Part shown: positions 1-8,541 of the stretch, piece by piece
How the letters are laid out: each line of letters begins with the position of its first letter
Numbering within the stretch: position 1 is the first letter of the stretch
Source: Wolbachia endosymbiont of Litomosoides sigmodontis
GTDB lineage: Bacteria; Pseudomonadota; Alphaproteobacteria; Rickettsiales; Anaplasmataceae
Reading direction: 5' to 3'
DNA length: 32,000 nt
Assembly (NCBI RefSeq): GCF_013365435.1
Contig: NZ_CP046577.1
Span: forward strand, 540,001-572,000
Program-made: the position numbers and the translations under genes
Notes under the pieces: generated by a model
Databases searched by the model: none
What the model was told of the DNA's origin: nothing
What the model saw: the letters and a program-made list of their open reading frames with translations, nothing else

Positions 1-345
1 TACTTTTGTCACAGCATCAGTAATTGATAGTACCGTTAAGTACTTTGGCTATTATATAAGTTTTCTGTAAGAAAGTGCTTATTTATTAATACATGTCAGA
101 GACTTAGCTCTTAAACTTTCCTACACATCAATATAGGGCACTAAGCTTTATGCCTAATCTGTTTTTTGACGGTGATTTCACGTTTTGAAAGCTGGAGTAA
201 TTCGTATTAGTAAGCACTTTCTTCAGGCATTTTTCTTGCTAGTTTCACGACTCTTTCATTCAATAATCTTGATTTTAACACCATTTAAACCTTGTTATTT
301 TACTTATTTCAGCAAGTCTTCCTTTTTCACATCATTATCTATCAA
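1..345 (-). mobile_element. Decayed fragment of the dispersed repeat / IS-relic family (arm-like segment ~1-230 plus 'B' segment ~270-340), cut by the window edge
   Basis: 1-230 aligns by eye (~75%) with 4790-4995. 270-340 (gattttaacaccatttaaaccttgttattttacttatttcag) matches 26786-26850 and, reverse-complemented, 5109-5175 and 29596-29665. Track ORF 185-409 lies wholly inside the repeat. Confidence 0.4.
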
Positions 346-682
346 TTTAATGTATAGCCTCTTTGTTATAGCTGAAATTAAATATTTACCCTTGATCTAT
401 GAACATTAATAGAAAGATATTAAAAATTTCTTTGTTCGTATAAGGGCAATAGATCGTTTAGTGATTAGCAATACCCAAAACAAAGTGATTTTCTTAAAAA
501 GTGAATTAAAACAGGTAAGAAAAAGCTCAAGCAGCATTATTTGTGTTTTATCTACAAAAAAGCACCAAGCTTACTTTGTAGCCCAATTTATGAAAATTTA
601 GCCCAAAATCAGTGAATAAAAAAAAATTTCATTACCCAAAAAGTATGCTATTTAATATAGTCTGAGCTATCTAAATAAATCT

Positions 683-1300
683 ATGTGGCATATAGCCTCG
701 TTCTTTGTGTTATCAGCAATACTAGTAAGCTGTGGCATACAAAAACCTGTACTTGTGTTACTTAAAGGTGAGGAATTTTATGGAAAGAGACACCTAGAAC
801 GTACAAGAGAATACCATTTAATTAGAGAAGATATCGATTTTTCAATGCAAAAAGAAAGTAGAAAAGTTGCCATAAGTGAAGCATATAACAACAACCCGCA
901 AGATATAGCGATTAACAAGGCAAGTTATAAATTTGTAATGCCAGTAAAAGGTACTATCATTTCAGCTGCCTCTTCTGATGAAGAGTGCAAAGATGGAGTG
1001 AAAATCGCTGCTCAAGGTGGAACAAATGTGGTTGCATCTGCCCCTGGCGAAGTGATATACGTAGGCAAAGGACTGAGACGATATGGAAATTTAATTATAG
1101 TGGAACACAAAGATAATTACACAACTGCATACTCCTACTTAAAGAATATACAAATTAAAATTGGTGATAAAGTAAAGCAAGGTCAAGTGATTGGGTCTGC
1201 AGGTAAGTCAAGTGCACAAGATAAAGACTTACAGATGTGCTTTACAATACGCCATAATGGCCAGGTAGTAGATCCTTTGATGTATATGAACTATAATTAG
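683..1300 (+). CDS. Lipoprotein with a C-terminal LytM (peptidase M23) domain and a degenerate active site (NlpD/EnvC-like)
   Basis: Signal peptide plus lipobox (SAILVSCG). The C-terminal half reads like M23/LytM (PVKGTIIS...GEVIYVGKGLRRYGNLIIVEHKDNYTTAYSYL...KVKQGQVIGSAG...HNGQVVDP). The H-x-x-x-D position reads CKDGVK and the H-x-H position reads MCFTIR. Only 12 nt separate it from leuS. Confidence 0.75.
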   Translation: MWHIASFFVLSAILVSCGIQKPVLVLLKGEEFYGKRHLERTREYHLIREDIDFSMQKESRKVAISEAYNNNPQDIAINKASYKFVMPVKGTIISAASSDEECKDGVKIAAQGGTNVVASAPGEVIYVGKGLRRYGNLIIVEHKDNYTTAYSYLKNIQIKIGDKVKQGQVIGSAGKSSAQDKDLQMCFTIRHNGQVVDPLMYMNYN

Positions 1301-1312
1301 GTTTGGATTTGT

Positions 1313-3883
1313 ATGAAATACAACTTTAAAAACGTAGAAAAATTTTATCAAGACAGGTGGGATTTTTCTGTTAGCAAAAATAATAAACAAGGGAAATGTT
1401 ACGTGTTGGAAATGTTTCCATATCCATCTGGTAAAATTCATATGGGACATCTGCGCAACTACGTAATAGGAGATGTGATAGCGCGTTACAAGAGAGCTCA
1501 TGGATTTGAGGTTTTACACCCAATTGGTTGGGACGCATTTGGATTACCAGCTGAAAATGCAGCAAGAGATAATAATATTAACCCTGCAGTGTGGACAAAA
1601 GAGAATATAGATAACATGCGTAAACAATTGAGATCTATAGGTCTTTCTTATAATTGGGAACGTGAACTCTCTACATGCGAACCTGACTATTACAAACATG
1701 AACAGAAATTTTTCCTAGATTTTTTAAAGCAAGGACTTGTCTATCGAAAAGAGTCTTGGGTTAATTGGGATCCAGTAGACCAGACAGTGCTTGCAAATGA
1801 ACAAGTAATTGATGGAAGAGGGTGGAGATCAGGTGCAATTATTGAAAAGCGTAAGTTGTCACAATGGTTTTTAAAGATTACTGATTTTGCCAAAGATTTA
1901 CTTGAGTGCTTACAAGGCTTAAAGAATTGGCCAGAAAAGGTTAAAATAATGCAAGAGCGCTGGATAGGAAAATCTGAAGGAGTAACTATAGAGTTAGAAA
2001 TAGTTGGCCTGAACAAGAAATTAAAGATTTTTACAACTTACCCCCATACTTTATTTGGAGCTTCTTTTTGCGCAGTGGCGGCAGAGCATTCCATTGTGCA
2101 AGATCTTAAGAGCAAAGAAATACAGAACACTATCAGTAGCATAAGAACACAGAAGAAAAATAATAAAAAAATAGGAATTTACACAGGATTGAACGTCAAA
2201 CATCCTTTTCTTGGTAAGGAATTACCTCTTTACGTAGCGAATTTTGTATTGATGGAATATGGAGAAGGAGCAATTTTCGGATGCCCTGCACATGATCAGC
2301 GTGATTTTGAATTTGCACAGGAATATGATTTGCCAATTATTCCGGTCATTTTTTCAGCCCATTTTAGTCCCATTTCAGTGGGTAATTATGGTTCTCATAA
2401 TACTGGATTCCAATGTCAAGCTACTTCTAATAATGGGATAATGTTTAATTCTGAATTCTTAAACGGACTAACAGTTAGTGAAGCGAAAGAAGTAATAGTT
2501 AAAAAGCTTGAAAAAAAAGGAATAGGTAAAAAAACAACAAATTATCGCTTGCATGATTGGGGAATTTCAAGACAGCGTTATTGGGGATGTCCTATACCTA
2601 TTATATATTGTAAAAATTGTGGTACTGTTCCAGCACCAGAAGAAGATCTTCCTGTAACTCTACCAACAGATATAGACTTTACAAGTGGAGGTAATCCGCT
2701 GGATAAACATCCAACTTGGAAGTTTGTTAATTGTCCAAAATGCAAAGAGCAAGCAGAGCGTGAAACTGATACATTTGACACCTTTTTTGAATCTTCGTGG
2801 TATTTTGCTGCATTTTGTAGTGAAAATAAATCTATCAATGAGAATGCATGTAATCGTTTTATGCCTGTTGATTATTATATAGGTGGGGTAGAGCATGCAA
2901 TCTTGCATCTGCTTTACTCACGATTTTTTTGTCGAGCTTTGACCAAATGTGGATATTTTGATATTAAGGAACCTTTCTCTACTTTAATCACTCAAGGAAT
3001 GGTCTGCCATGTAACTTACAAAGACGAGAATGATAAATGGCTGTTTCCTGAAGAAGCAAAAAAATTGATAGCACAAGGTGCTAAGATTCAAATCGGGAAA
3101 GTTGAGAAAATGAGTAAATCAAAAAAGAATACAGTTGACCCAAATTTTATCATAGAGAAGTACGGTGCTGATACTGCTCGCTTGTTTGTATTATCTAATA
3201 CCCCTCCAGAGAAAGATATGGAATGGTCTGATGACGGCGTAGAAGGTTGTTCTCGCTATGTAAATAAATTATGGCGCATGGTAATGCAATTCAAACCCAT
3301 TGTCATCCCAAATCAATCCCTTGTTAACCGAGTAGCTGATACTGAGATCCAGAAAGAACACATGTTGTTACATGCTAGAACAACATCAAATAAAAACGTT
3401 ACAGGTAAACTTCTAGAATATAGAAAAAAAATACATAAACTCTTACACGGACTTACAGATGACTTAGAAAACTGCAGGTTAAATTGTGCAGTGGCAAAAT
3501 TTCGTGAGACGACAAATTTAATAGCTGAAATAGATGTAGAAAGTGGAAAATCTCTCATTGACGAAGGTATATGTATATTAATTAGAGTAGTTGAACCATT
3601 TATACCACATCTGGCTGAGAATTTATGGCAGGAAATAGGGGGTGAAGGTATGCTATATCTGCAACCTTGGCCAAAGGTTGACAAGTCACTATTGATTGAT
3701 GATATGGTAACTGTGGCAGTGCAAATTAATGGAAAATTGCATGCAACAATTGAGGTGGAAATTAACTTGCCTCAAGAAGAATTAAAGCAAATAGCAATAA
3801 ATTCTGTATCTGATAAGATCAATCAAAGCAAAGTTTGCGCTGTATATGTTGTCCCAAATAAAATAGTAAATATAGTTACATAA
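1313..3883 (+). CDS. leuS: Leucyl-tRNA synthetase
   Basis: 856 aa. Class I signatures HMGH (HIGH) and KMSKS are present. The CP1 editing domain is present (AHDQRDFEF). Bacterial LeuRS blocks [10 protein letters not shown] and [18 protein letters not shown] are present. Confidence 0.97.
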   Translation: MKYNFKNVEKFYQDRWDFSVSKNNKQGKCYVLEMFPYPSGKIHMGHLRNYVIGDVIARYKRAHGFEVLHPIGWDAFGLPAENAARDNNINPAVWTKENIDNMRKQLRSIGLSYNWERELSTCEPDYYKHEQKFFLDFLKQGLVYRKESWVNWDPVDQTVLANEQVIDGRGWRSGAIIEKRKLSQWFLKITDFAKDLLECLQGLKNWPEKVKIMQERWIGKSEGVTIELEIVGLNKKLKIFTTYPHTLFGASFCAVAAEHSIVQDLKSKEIQNTISSIRTQKKNNKKIGIYTGLNVKHPFLGKELPLYVANFVLMEYGEGAIFGCPAHDQRDFEFAQEYDLPIIPVIFSAHFSPISVGNYGSHNTGFQCQATSNNGIMFNSEFLNGLTVSEAKEVIVKKLEKKGIGKKTTNYRLHDWGISRQRYWGCPIPIIYCKNCGTVPAPEEDLPVTLPTDIDFTSGGNPLDKHPTWKFVNCPKCKEQAERETDTFDTFFESSWYFAAFCSENKSINENACNRFMPVDYYIGGVEHAILHLLYSRFFCRALTKCGYFDIKEPFSTLITQGMVCHVTYKDENDKWLFPEEAKKLIAQGAKIQIGKVEKMSKSKKNTVDPNFIIEKYGADTARLFVLSNTPPEKDMEWSDDGVEGCSRYVNKLWRMVMQFKPIVIPNQSLVNRVADTEIQKEHMLLHARTTSNKNVTGKLLEYRKKIHKLLHGLTDDLENCRLNCAVAKFRETTNLIAEIDVESGKSLIDEGICILIRVVEPFIPHLAENLWQEIGGEGMLYLQPWPKVDKSLLIDDMVTVAVQINGKLHATIEVEINLPQEELKQIAINSVSDKINQSKVCAVYVVPNKIVNIVT

Positions 3884-4789
3884 AAAATCTGAATAGTGCA
3901 TTTAATTTTTTAATTATATCTTTTTAAAGATGAAGAGCATATACTAGAGAATGACCTTAGCACTTGCCAGAAGAAAATCTGCCTATATTTGAGTAAATCT
4001 AAAAAGACATAATATGGAAGTCAGCGTAATCGGATAGTTTAATAGTACAGGTATGTCGACGGAATTTCTTCCACCCTTCTAATAATGAATATCGAAACTA
4101 AGTTTCTGCGAGGATTGTGCAGCGAAACTATTGTCTTAACTTATCATATGGCAGCATATGTAATTAATACTACCATACGTAATCATATAGCCGTAAGAAG
4201 AAATATAGTCATCTAGTGATGCTGACTAATGTAATGCTTATACTCCAAAAAAAGTAGCTATGACAACTTAAAGAGATCTGTCAAGGATACAATGGAAATA
4301 GCTAAGATTATAGAAAATATTGAAAATGCCTGGAGACTTGATATAAGTGTTTTAACTAGGCGGAAATTAAGAGAAAGTATTAGGATGGCCTGACTATTGT
4401 TTTAGTAAAAGCGCTAATTGCAGGAAATCTTAATGCAGAAATTGATTTTTCACTAATGCCAGTAGAAAAAACAGAAAATACAGATTGCACCACAAAACTA
4501 GAAGAGTTTCAAAGACCTTTTAGGTATAATCTATTCTGTATTGGTAAAGTGACAGAAGAGAAAGTTCTATATGCTAAATAATTTTCTTTCACTATGTGAA
4601 TATTTACTTAGAATATTAGTCTTGCTTTGCTCAACAATTCAAATAAATTAATAATATGCACTGCTTTATAACGTGCACAGTATTATGTTGTATTCTTAAA
4701 CTGCAATTTTAGTGTCTTTCTTCTCAAGCAGAATCATTTTTGAAAAATTGGAATCTAAGCTCTGGTTCTATATAACAAATTTCATTGCT

Positions 4790-5233
4790 TTAGTCATAGT
4801 ATCAGTCATTGATAGTACCTTTGCGCATTTTGGCAATTATATAAAATTTTCTACAGATAAGTGCTTATGCTTATTTGTAGTAGCATATTTATTTTATCTA
4901 GCAAAAAGAAAATATATTAAGCTTTATGCTTAACCTATTTTCTGACAGTAACTTTTTACGTTTCTAAAGTTGAATAGTTTGTATTAGCAAGATATTAGCT
5001 ATTGTAAAGCTCAAATCAGCTATAATAGTAAACCAGACTTTAACATATGCGTTTTCTCTTTGTTTTAATACTAATTCTCACTGTATAAGAAACGTTATAG
5101 GCAATGACGAAAAAGAAGCCTTACTGAAGTAAGTAAAATAGCAAGATTTAAATAATACTAAAATCAAATTATTGGATGAAAAAGTCGTATAATCAGCAAA
5201 AGAAACGCTAAAGGTGGTGTAAAACAGTGCATA
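4790..5233. repeat. Repeat-family segments: diverged arm-like copy (4790-4995), 'B' segment (5109-5175) and linker leading into the left arm
   Basis: 4790-4995 is about 75% like 1-230. 5109-5233 is collinear with 29596-29720 and partly with 16501-16570 (gataaaaaagt...cagcaaaagaaa). Track ORF 4712-4933 sits inside it and looks spurious. Confidence 0.45.
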
Positions 5234-5405
5234 TGTTGTAAAGAAAAACTAAATGCTGTAATTGCAGCAAAAATACAGTGTTAACAGCAGTAACAAAAAT
5301 GTGTTGCATTTCAGGAACAGCATTCCTTAACGCAGTAGAAAAACTAGATTAAATCAGAGTTAATTTGACGAATTGAAGTATAGATACAAGAAGACCCTAA
5401 TATTA
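5234..5405 (+). repeat. Left arm of a long inverted repeat
   Basis: Its reverse complement is found at 5795-5964. My manual alignment gives about 5 substitutions and 2 single-base indels. The inner 86 nt (5320-5405) are identical. More diverged copies occur at 16571-16740 and 14011-14090. Confidence 0.85.
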
Positions 5406-5794
5406 CTTACTATACAAAAAATGAAGTTTTCGTATCTTATGAAAGTTATACATGGTAATTTAAAAGAATGTTAGGACACGGCTTTAAAGTAAAATTTAGG
5501 TAGATAGAATTTTTACCTTTACAAGGTTAACAACGATCATATGAATATATTTTTAAACAAATGTCACAATATTTAAGAATACAAAAAGCTTTTCTTGTTA
5601 CGGATTATGCTAGTTAATATAAATTAAAAAAATTAAAATTACCTAAAAATGTCAAGATTGTATACCTACCACCAGAGCTAAATCTTATTGAGAGACTTAG
5701 GTTGTATATAAAACAAAATATTAAAGCGCTTTGTGCAAATTTATTACCTTTTCTTTTAACTCCATAACTAAACAACTCTATTCTTATATAGAAA
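5406..5794 (+). mobile_element. IS630/Tc1-mariner-type transposase relic, internally deleted with multiple stops
   Basis: 5421 ATGAAGTTTTCGTAT (MKFSY..). 5582-5614 reads QKAFLVTDYAS* (compare ..LDNAS.H around the second D of DDE). 5651-5700 reads VKIVYLPPELNLIERL (compare LPPYSPELNPIE). The frame is broken repeatedly. Confidence 0.55.
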
Positions 5795-5964
5795 TAATAT
5801 TAGGGTCTTCTTGTATCTATACTTCAATTCGTCAAATTAACTCTGATTTAATCTAGTTTTTCTACTGCGTTAAGGAATGCTGTTCTTGAAATGAAATACA
5901 TTTTTGTTACTGCTGTTACACTGTGTTTTTGCTGCAATTACAGCATTTAGTTTTCTTTACAACA
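5795..5964 (-). repeat. Right arm of the long inverted repeat
   Basis: Reverse complement of 5234-5405 at about 96% identity. It ends 32 nt from the bamE stop codon. Confidence 0.85.
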
Positions 5965-5996
5965 GCACAGTAAAATTTTATTTTTACAGAGAACCT

Positions 5997-6353
5997 TTAC
6001 AGGTCAGCAAGTTTACAATCAACAGCAACCAAAGACCTCTCTAAAACGTCGATTTCTTCTACACTTATAACTTTGTCACCATAATCAAATGAAATTTGCA
6101 GAGATTTGCTGCTATATTTTCTCTTTCCTAAGAAATTAATCTGTTTAACTTTATATGAGATATAGTACCAAACATTTTCGTCGAATTTAGATATCAATGT
6201 TGGTGATCCTAAAGTGTGAATCACTTTTTCTTTATCATCACCTACTTTTATCTTACTATGCAATTCAATATTAACGTCTGGAACTCCATGATTGTAAATA
6301 GTGTGACAGCTTACTAAAAACAACAACAAAATAAAAAATACTAGTACTCGCAT
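5997..6353 (-). CDS. bamE: Outer-membrane lipoprotein BamE (SmpA/OmlA family)
   Basis: 118 aa. Signal peptide with lipobox LFLVSC. SmpA/OmlA-like core (KIKVGDDKEKVIHTLGSPTL...ENVWYYISY). Confidence 0.7.
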   Translation of the reverse strand: MRVLVFFILLLFLVSCHTIYNHGVPDVNIELHSKIKVGDDKEKVIHTLGSPTLISKFDENVWYYISYKVKQINFLGKRKYSSKSLQISFDYGDKVISVEEIDVLERSLVAVDCKLADL

Positions 6354-6634
6354 CTCTGTTGATAAATCACTTAAAGCTACAATATACTAATAAAATATCT
6401 GCCGTCAAATTTTGCAAAAGTTAAATTGACTGATTTTTTATATCGCTTAATATAATATTTACTTCAGAAAATAATTAGATACTCTATGTTATTACTAGAG
6501 TAGATCTAATATATAAACCTTTCAATTGCTCTTGAGTATACGATACTTGATTACAGCACCAAAGAATACATTGAATACCAGAAGAAGTTTCTTTTACTGA
6601 TGATGTAATAAATTAGAAAGCCAAATTTTCTAGT

Positions 6635-6981
6635 GTGAAAAAAATTTACTGATTCAGATTTTTAGGTTCTTCACTCAAGCAGATACTGAGGTAAATATGC
6701 TATATGAGGCATTATTCAAATATATTTAAATCAACGGAAATATGCATGGTGCTTGCAAGCTTTTCCAAGAGAAACTATATTCTGCATGTCACACTGTCGT
6801 TGAACTTGAAAATGAGTTCATAAAGCTTACCTTTAGCTTAAGAGATGTTGAATAGAAGATTAACGCAATTAGGCCTGGAAGGCTATATATGATAGCCCTT
6901 ACTGAGCTTGGTAGAATACTAAATGGTGTTAAACATAAGAATTTCTTTGAAAATAGAGTACGTCACCAAAGGTATACGTAG
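6635..6981 (+). pseudogene. Group II intron reverse-transcriptase relic
   Basis: 6653-6691 reads FRFLGSSLKQILR* (compare RxLGIPxxxDRxxQ). 6742-6852 reads ..HTVVELENEFIKLTFS.. 6856-6978 reads KINAIRPGRLYMIALTELGRILNGVKHKNFFENRVRHQRYT (compare YGFRPGRSxHxAL and D-I/L-K-x-FFDNIxH). The pieces are in different frames, with in-frame stops at 6692 and 6853. Confidence 0.5.
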
Positions 6982-7010
6982 GTTTGTATTAATGCAAATT
7001 TTTATATATC

Positions 7011-7325
7011 AGTAAGTCAAATAAGTGACCTTATAAAGAAAGGTAATAAATTTGTACAAACAGGAAAGGCTTCTTGATTCTTAAACATTATAAGATTTAT
7101 ATTCAAAAAATATATTCATATAATCGTTGTTAATATTGCAGAGGTAAAAATTCTGTCTACCTAATTTTACTTTATATATTCTAGCATCCTTTTAAAATTA
7201 CCAGTGTACAACTTTCAAATGCGTGACAAACCTTAATGATTCACCGAAGAAAAATAACTTTTGTTTGTGAATTAGTCTTGGCATAATATGCAAAAACTTC
7301 ATCTTTATTTCTTTATAAGCAATTT
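7011..7325 (-). mobile_element. IS630-type transposase relic, internally deleted
   Basis: On the reverse strand it is collinear with 5421-5770, 14232-14656 and 26455-26600. Examples: caaaaacttcat at 7291 is the reverse complement of ATGAAGTTTTTG, and agtaagtcaaataagtgacc at 7011 matches agtgagtcaaacaagtgac at 26501. Confidence 0.5.
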
Positions 7326-7417
7326 TTCTTCCCTTTCAAGTTCTAGGTACTTTATTCATGTAACCAATACTGTTCTTGAAAGGCCTTACTAAAATCAGAT
7401 AAAGCTCCCATATGCAC

Positions 7418-8014
7418 TTAACGAGATTTGCCTTTTTCGCTAAAAAAAATATCATACAGTCTTTTATCTATAGCTTCCTCTATATCTTTAACCAACAGCT
7501 GCTTTATCATATTTACTTTCAGTTTTATATCTTGAGAATGATGTTCATCATTACAACTATAATGACTGTTATTACTGTAACTGCTCTTGCTACTACAACC
7601 ATAATTATTAGCACTTGGTTTATTACTATGACTTACTCTACTACCACTTTTGCCTGTAATTATAAATTTAAGCATTCGTATCATCATCTCCTTTAAAAAA
7701 GACTTCCAGCCTGTATTTAAAAATAACTTATAGAAAAAATGCGGAGCAAGAAGTGCTACTAACATTCTAAAAGAAACTCCATAACTCAGATTTTCTCTGC
7801 TACCATAATACCACTTACAATATTGAAACAGATAGTAAAATGCATTTTTTGGAGGGCTAAATTCTACAGCATACCAAAAGCCATTGCTGAGAAACATAAG
7901 CATAATGCTGGATACATAAAGATACACTATAAGGAAAAATAGCTTTACAACTATACCCTTTAAGCTGCCTAATATATAATTTAATAAACTTAATTTATAG
8001 AGAAGTGATATCAT
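7418..8014 (-). CDS. Hypothetical membrane protein: N-terminal hydrophobic helices, a Ser/Asn/Tyr-rich linker and a charged C-terminal helix
   Basis: 198-codon open frame in a stop-rich AT genome. It begins 18 nt downstream of tRNA-Gln on the same strand. I recognise no family. The overlapping + ORF 7412-7696 is its low-complexity shadow. Confidence 0.45.
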   Translation of the reverse strand: MISLLYKLSLLNYILGSLKGIVVKLFFLIVYLYVSSIMLMFLSNGFWYAVEFSPPKNAFYYLFQYCKWYYGSRENLSYGVSFRMLVALLAPHFFYKLFLNTGWKSFLKEMMIRMLKFIITGKSGSRVSHSNKPSANNYGCSSKSSYSNNSHYSCNDEHHSQDIKLKVNMIKQLLVKDIEEAIDKRLYDIFFSEKGKSR

Positions 8015-8032
8015 TTTATACCATCCTTAATA

Positions 8033-8107
8033 TGGCTGGGATGGAAGGATTCGAACCTTCGAATGGCGGTATCAAAAACCGCTGCCTTACCACTTGGCTA
8101 CACCCCA
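8033..8107 (-). tRNA. tRNA-Gln (anticodon UUG), CCA encoded
   Basis: Reverse complement: TGGGGTG TA GCC AAGTGGTAA GGC A GCGGT TTTTGAT ACCGC CATTC GAAGG TTCGAAT CCTTC CATCCCA G CCA. It has a 7-bp acceptor stem (one G-U), canonical D, anticodon and T arms, and totals 75 nt. Confidence 0.9.
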
Positions 8108-8433
8108 ATACTACTCACATCAATAATACTATTAATCCAATTAGCAAAAGATTTATTCACTTTTTCTATAGGTATTATCACAATAGCTGGCTGATCATAA
8201 GAATTCATTGCCTCTATTTTTTCTATAATTTTCTCAACTTGATCTCCTCTGCTTTTCATAATTGTTATTACTTCACGACTACTGTTAATTTTACCTTTCC
8301 ATAAATAAAAAGAATTCACTTTAGGAAATATATTTGCACATACAATTAATTTCTTGCTTAATAATTCTTTAGAAATAGTTTCAGCCTCCTTCACACTTGA
8401 AAAAGTTATATAAACTAAAACCAAACTATTCAT
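8098..8433 (-). CDS. cutA: Divalent-cation tolerance protein CutA
   Basis: 111 aa with a CutA1-like sequence (VLVYITFSSVKEAETISKELLSKKLIVCANIFP.V.SFYLWKGKI...E.....K). The last codons and the TAG stop (8098-8100) lie inside the tRNA-Gln 5' end. Confidence 0.85.
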   Translation of the reverse strand: MNSLVLVYITFSSVKEAETISKELLSKKLIVCANIFPKVNSFYLWKGKINSSREVITIMKSRGDQVEKIIEKIEAMNSYDQPAIVIIPIEKVNKSFANWINSIIDVSSIGV

Positions 8434-8493
8434 CAGAATTTACATAAATGCATTGTTAATATACTTCACTTAGATTAATTTATCAAGAGAAAT

Positions 8494-8522
8494 AAGGATG
8501 TTACTCACCAAGTAACATCCTT
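8494..8522 (-). terminator. Perfect 12-bp stem-loop downstream of the orphan CDS
   Basis: aaggatgttact-cacca-agtaacatcctt, located 20 nt past the stop at 8542 on the minus strand. The trailing sequence on that strand (atttctctt) is only weakly U-rich. Confidence 0.5.
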
Positions 8523-8541
8523 TGCAGAAAGCAGTATTTTT

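Noticed and set aside
185-409. Small ORFs in the intergenic repeats (185-409, 4712-4933, 16338-16541, 16803-17072, 26790-26978, 29660-29854)
   Set aside because: Each lies inside a decayed repeat or IS relic. The homologous copies elsewhere in the window are interrupted by stops at the same positions. At best they are transposase fragments, not genes.
1229-3684. Track ORFs antisense to or out of frame with leuS (1229-1501, 1371-1565, 1741-2016, 2259-2441, 2578-2838, 2660-2908, 2685-2882, 3313-3684)
   Set aside because: All are nested in a confidently identified 856-aa synthetase gene. They have no recognisable motifs and read as typical shadow ORFs.
4292-4393. Calling the 33-codon ORF a dapD pseudogene
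   Set aside because: Only ~10 N-terminal residues resemble my recollection of DapD. The downstream frames do not continue the similarity. It is kept as an open question in the findings, not as a feature.
5234-5405. Interpreting the repeat arms and the upstream 'B' segment as the N-terminal HTH-coding part of the same transposase
   Set aside because: Some frames give HTH-like strings (..LYKEWIDNNEKEALLK..), but all frames are full of stops. The length between 'B' and the FSY motif is too long for a typical IS630 transposase. Part of 'B' also resembles the reverse strand of the transposase 3' region. The architecture cannot be resolved by eye, so it is left as alternative models.
7412-8304. 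Plus-strand ORFs 7412-7696 and 8005-8304
   Set aside because: The first is the low-complexity mirror of the Ser/Asn/Tyr-rich linker of the minus-strand ORF. The second runs straight through tRNA-Gln and cutA.
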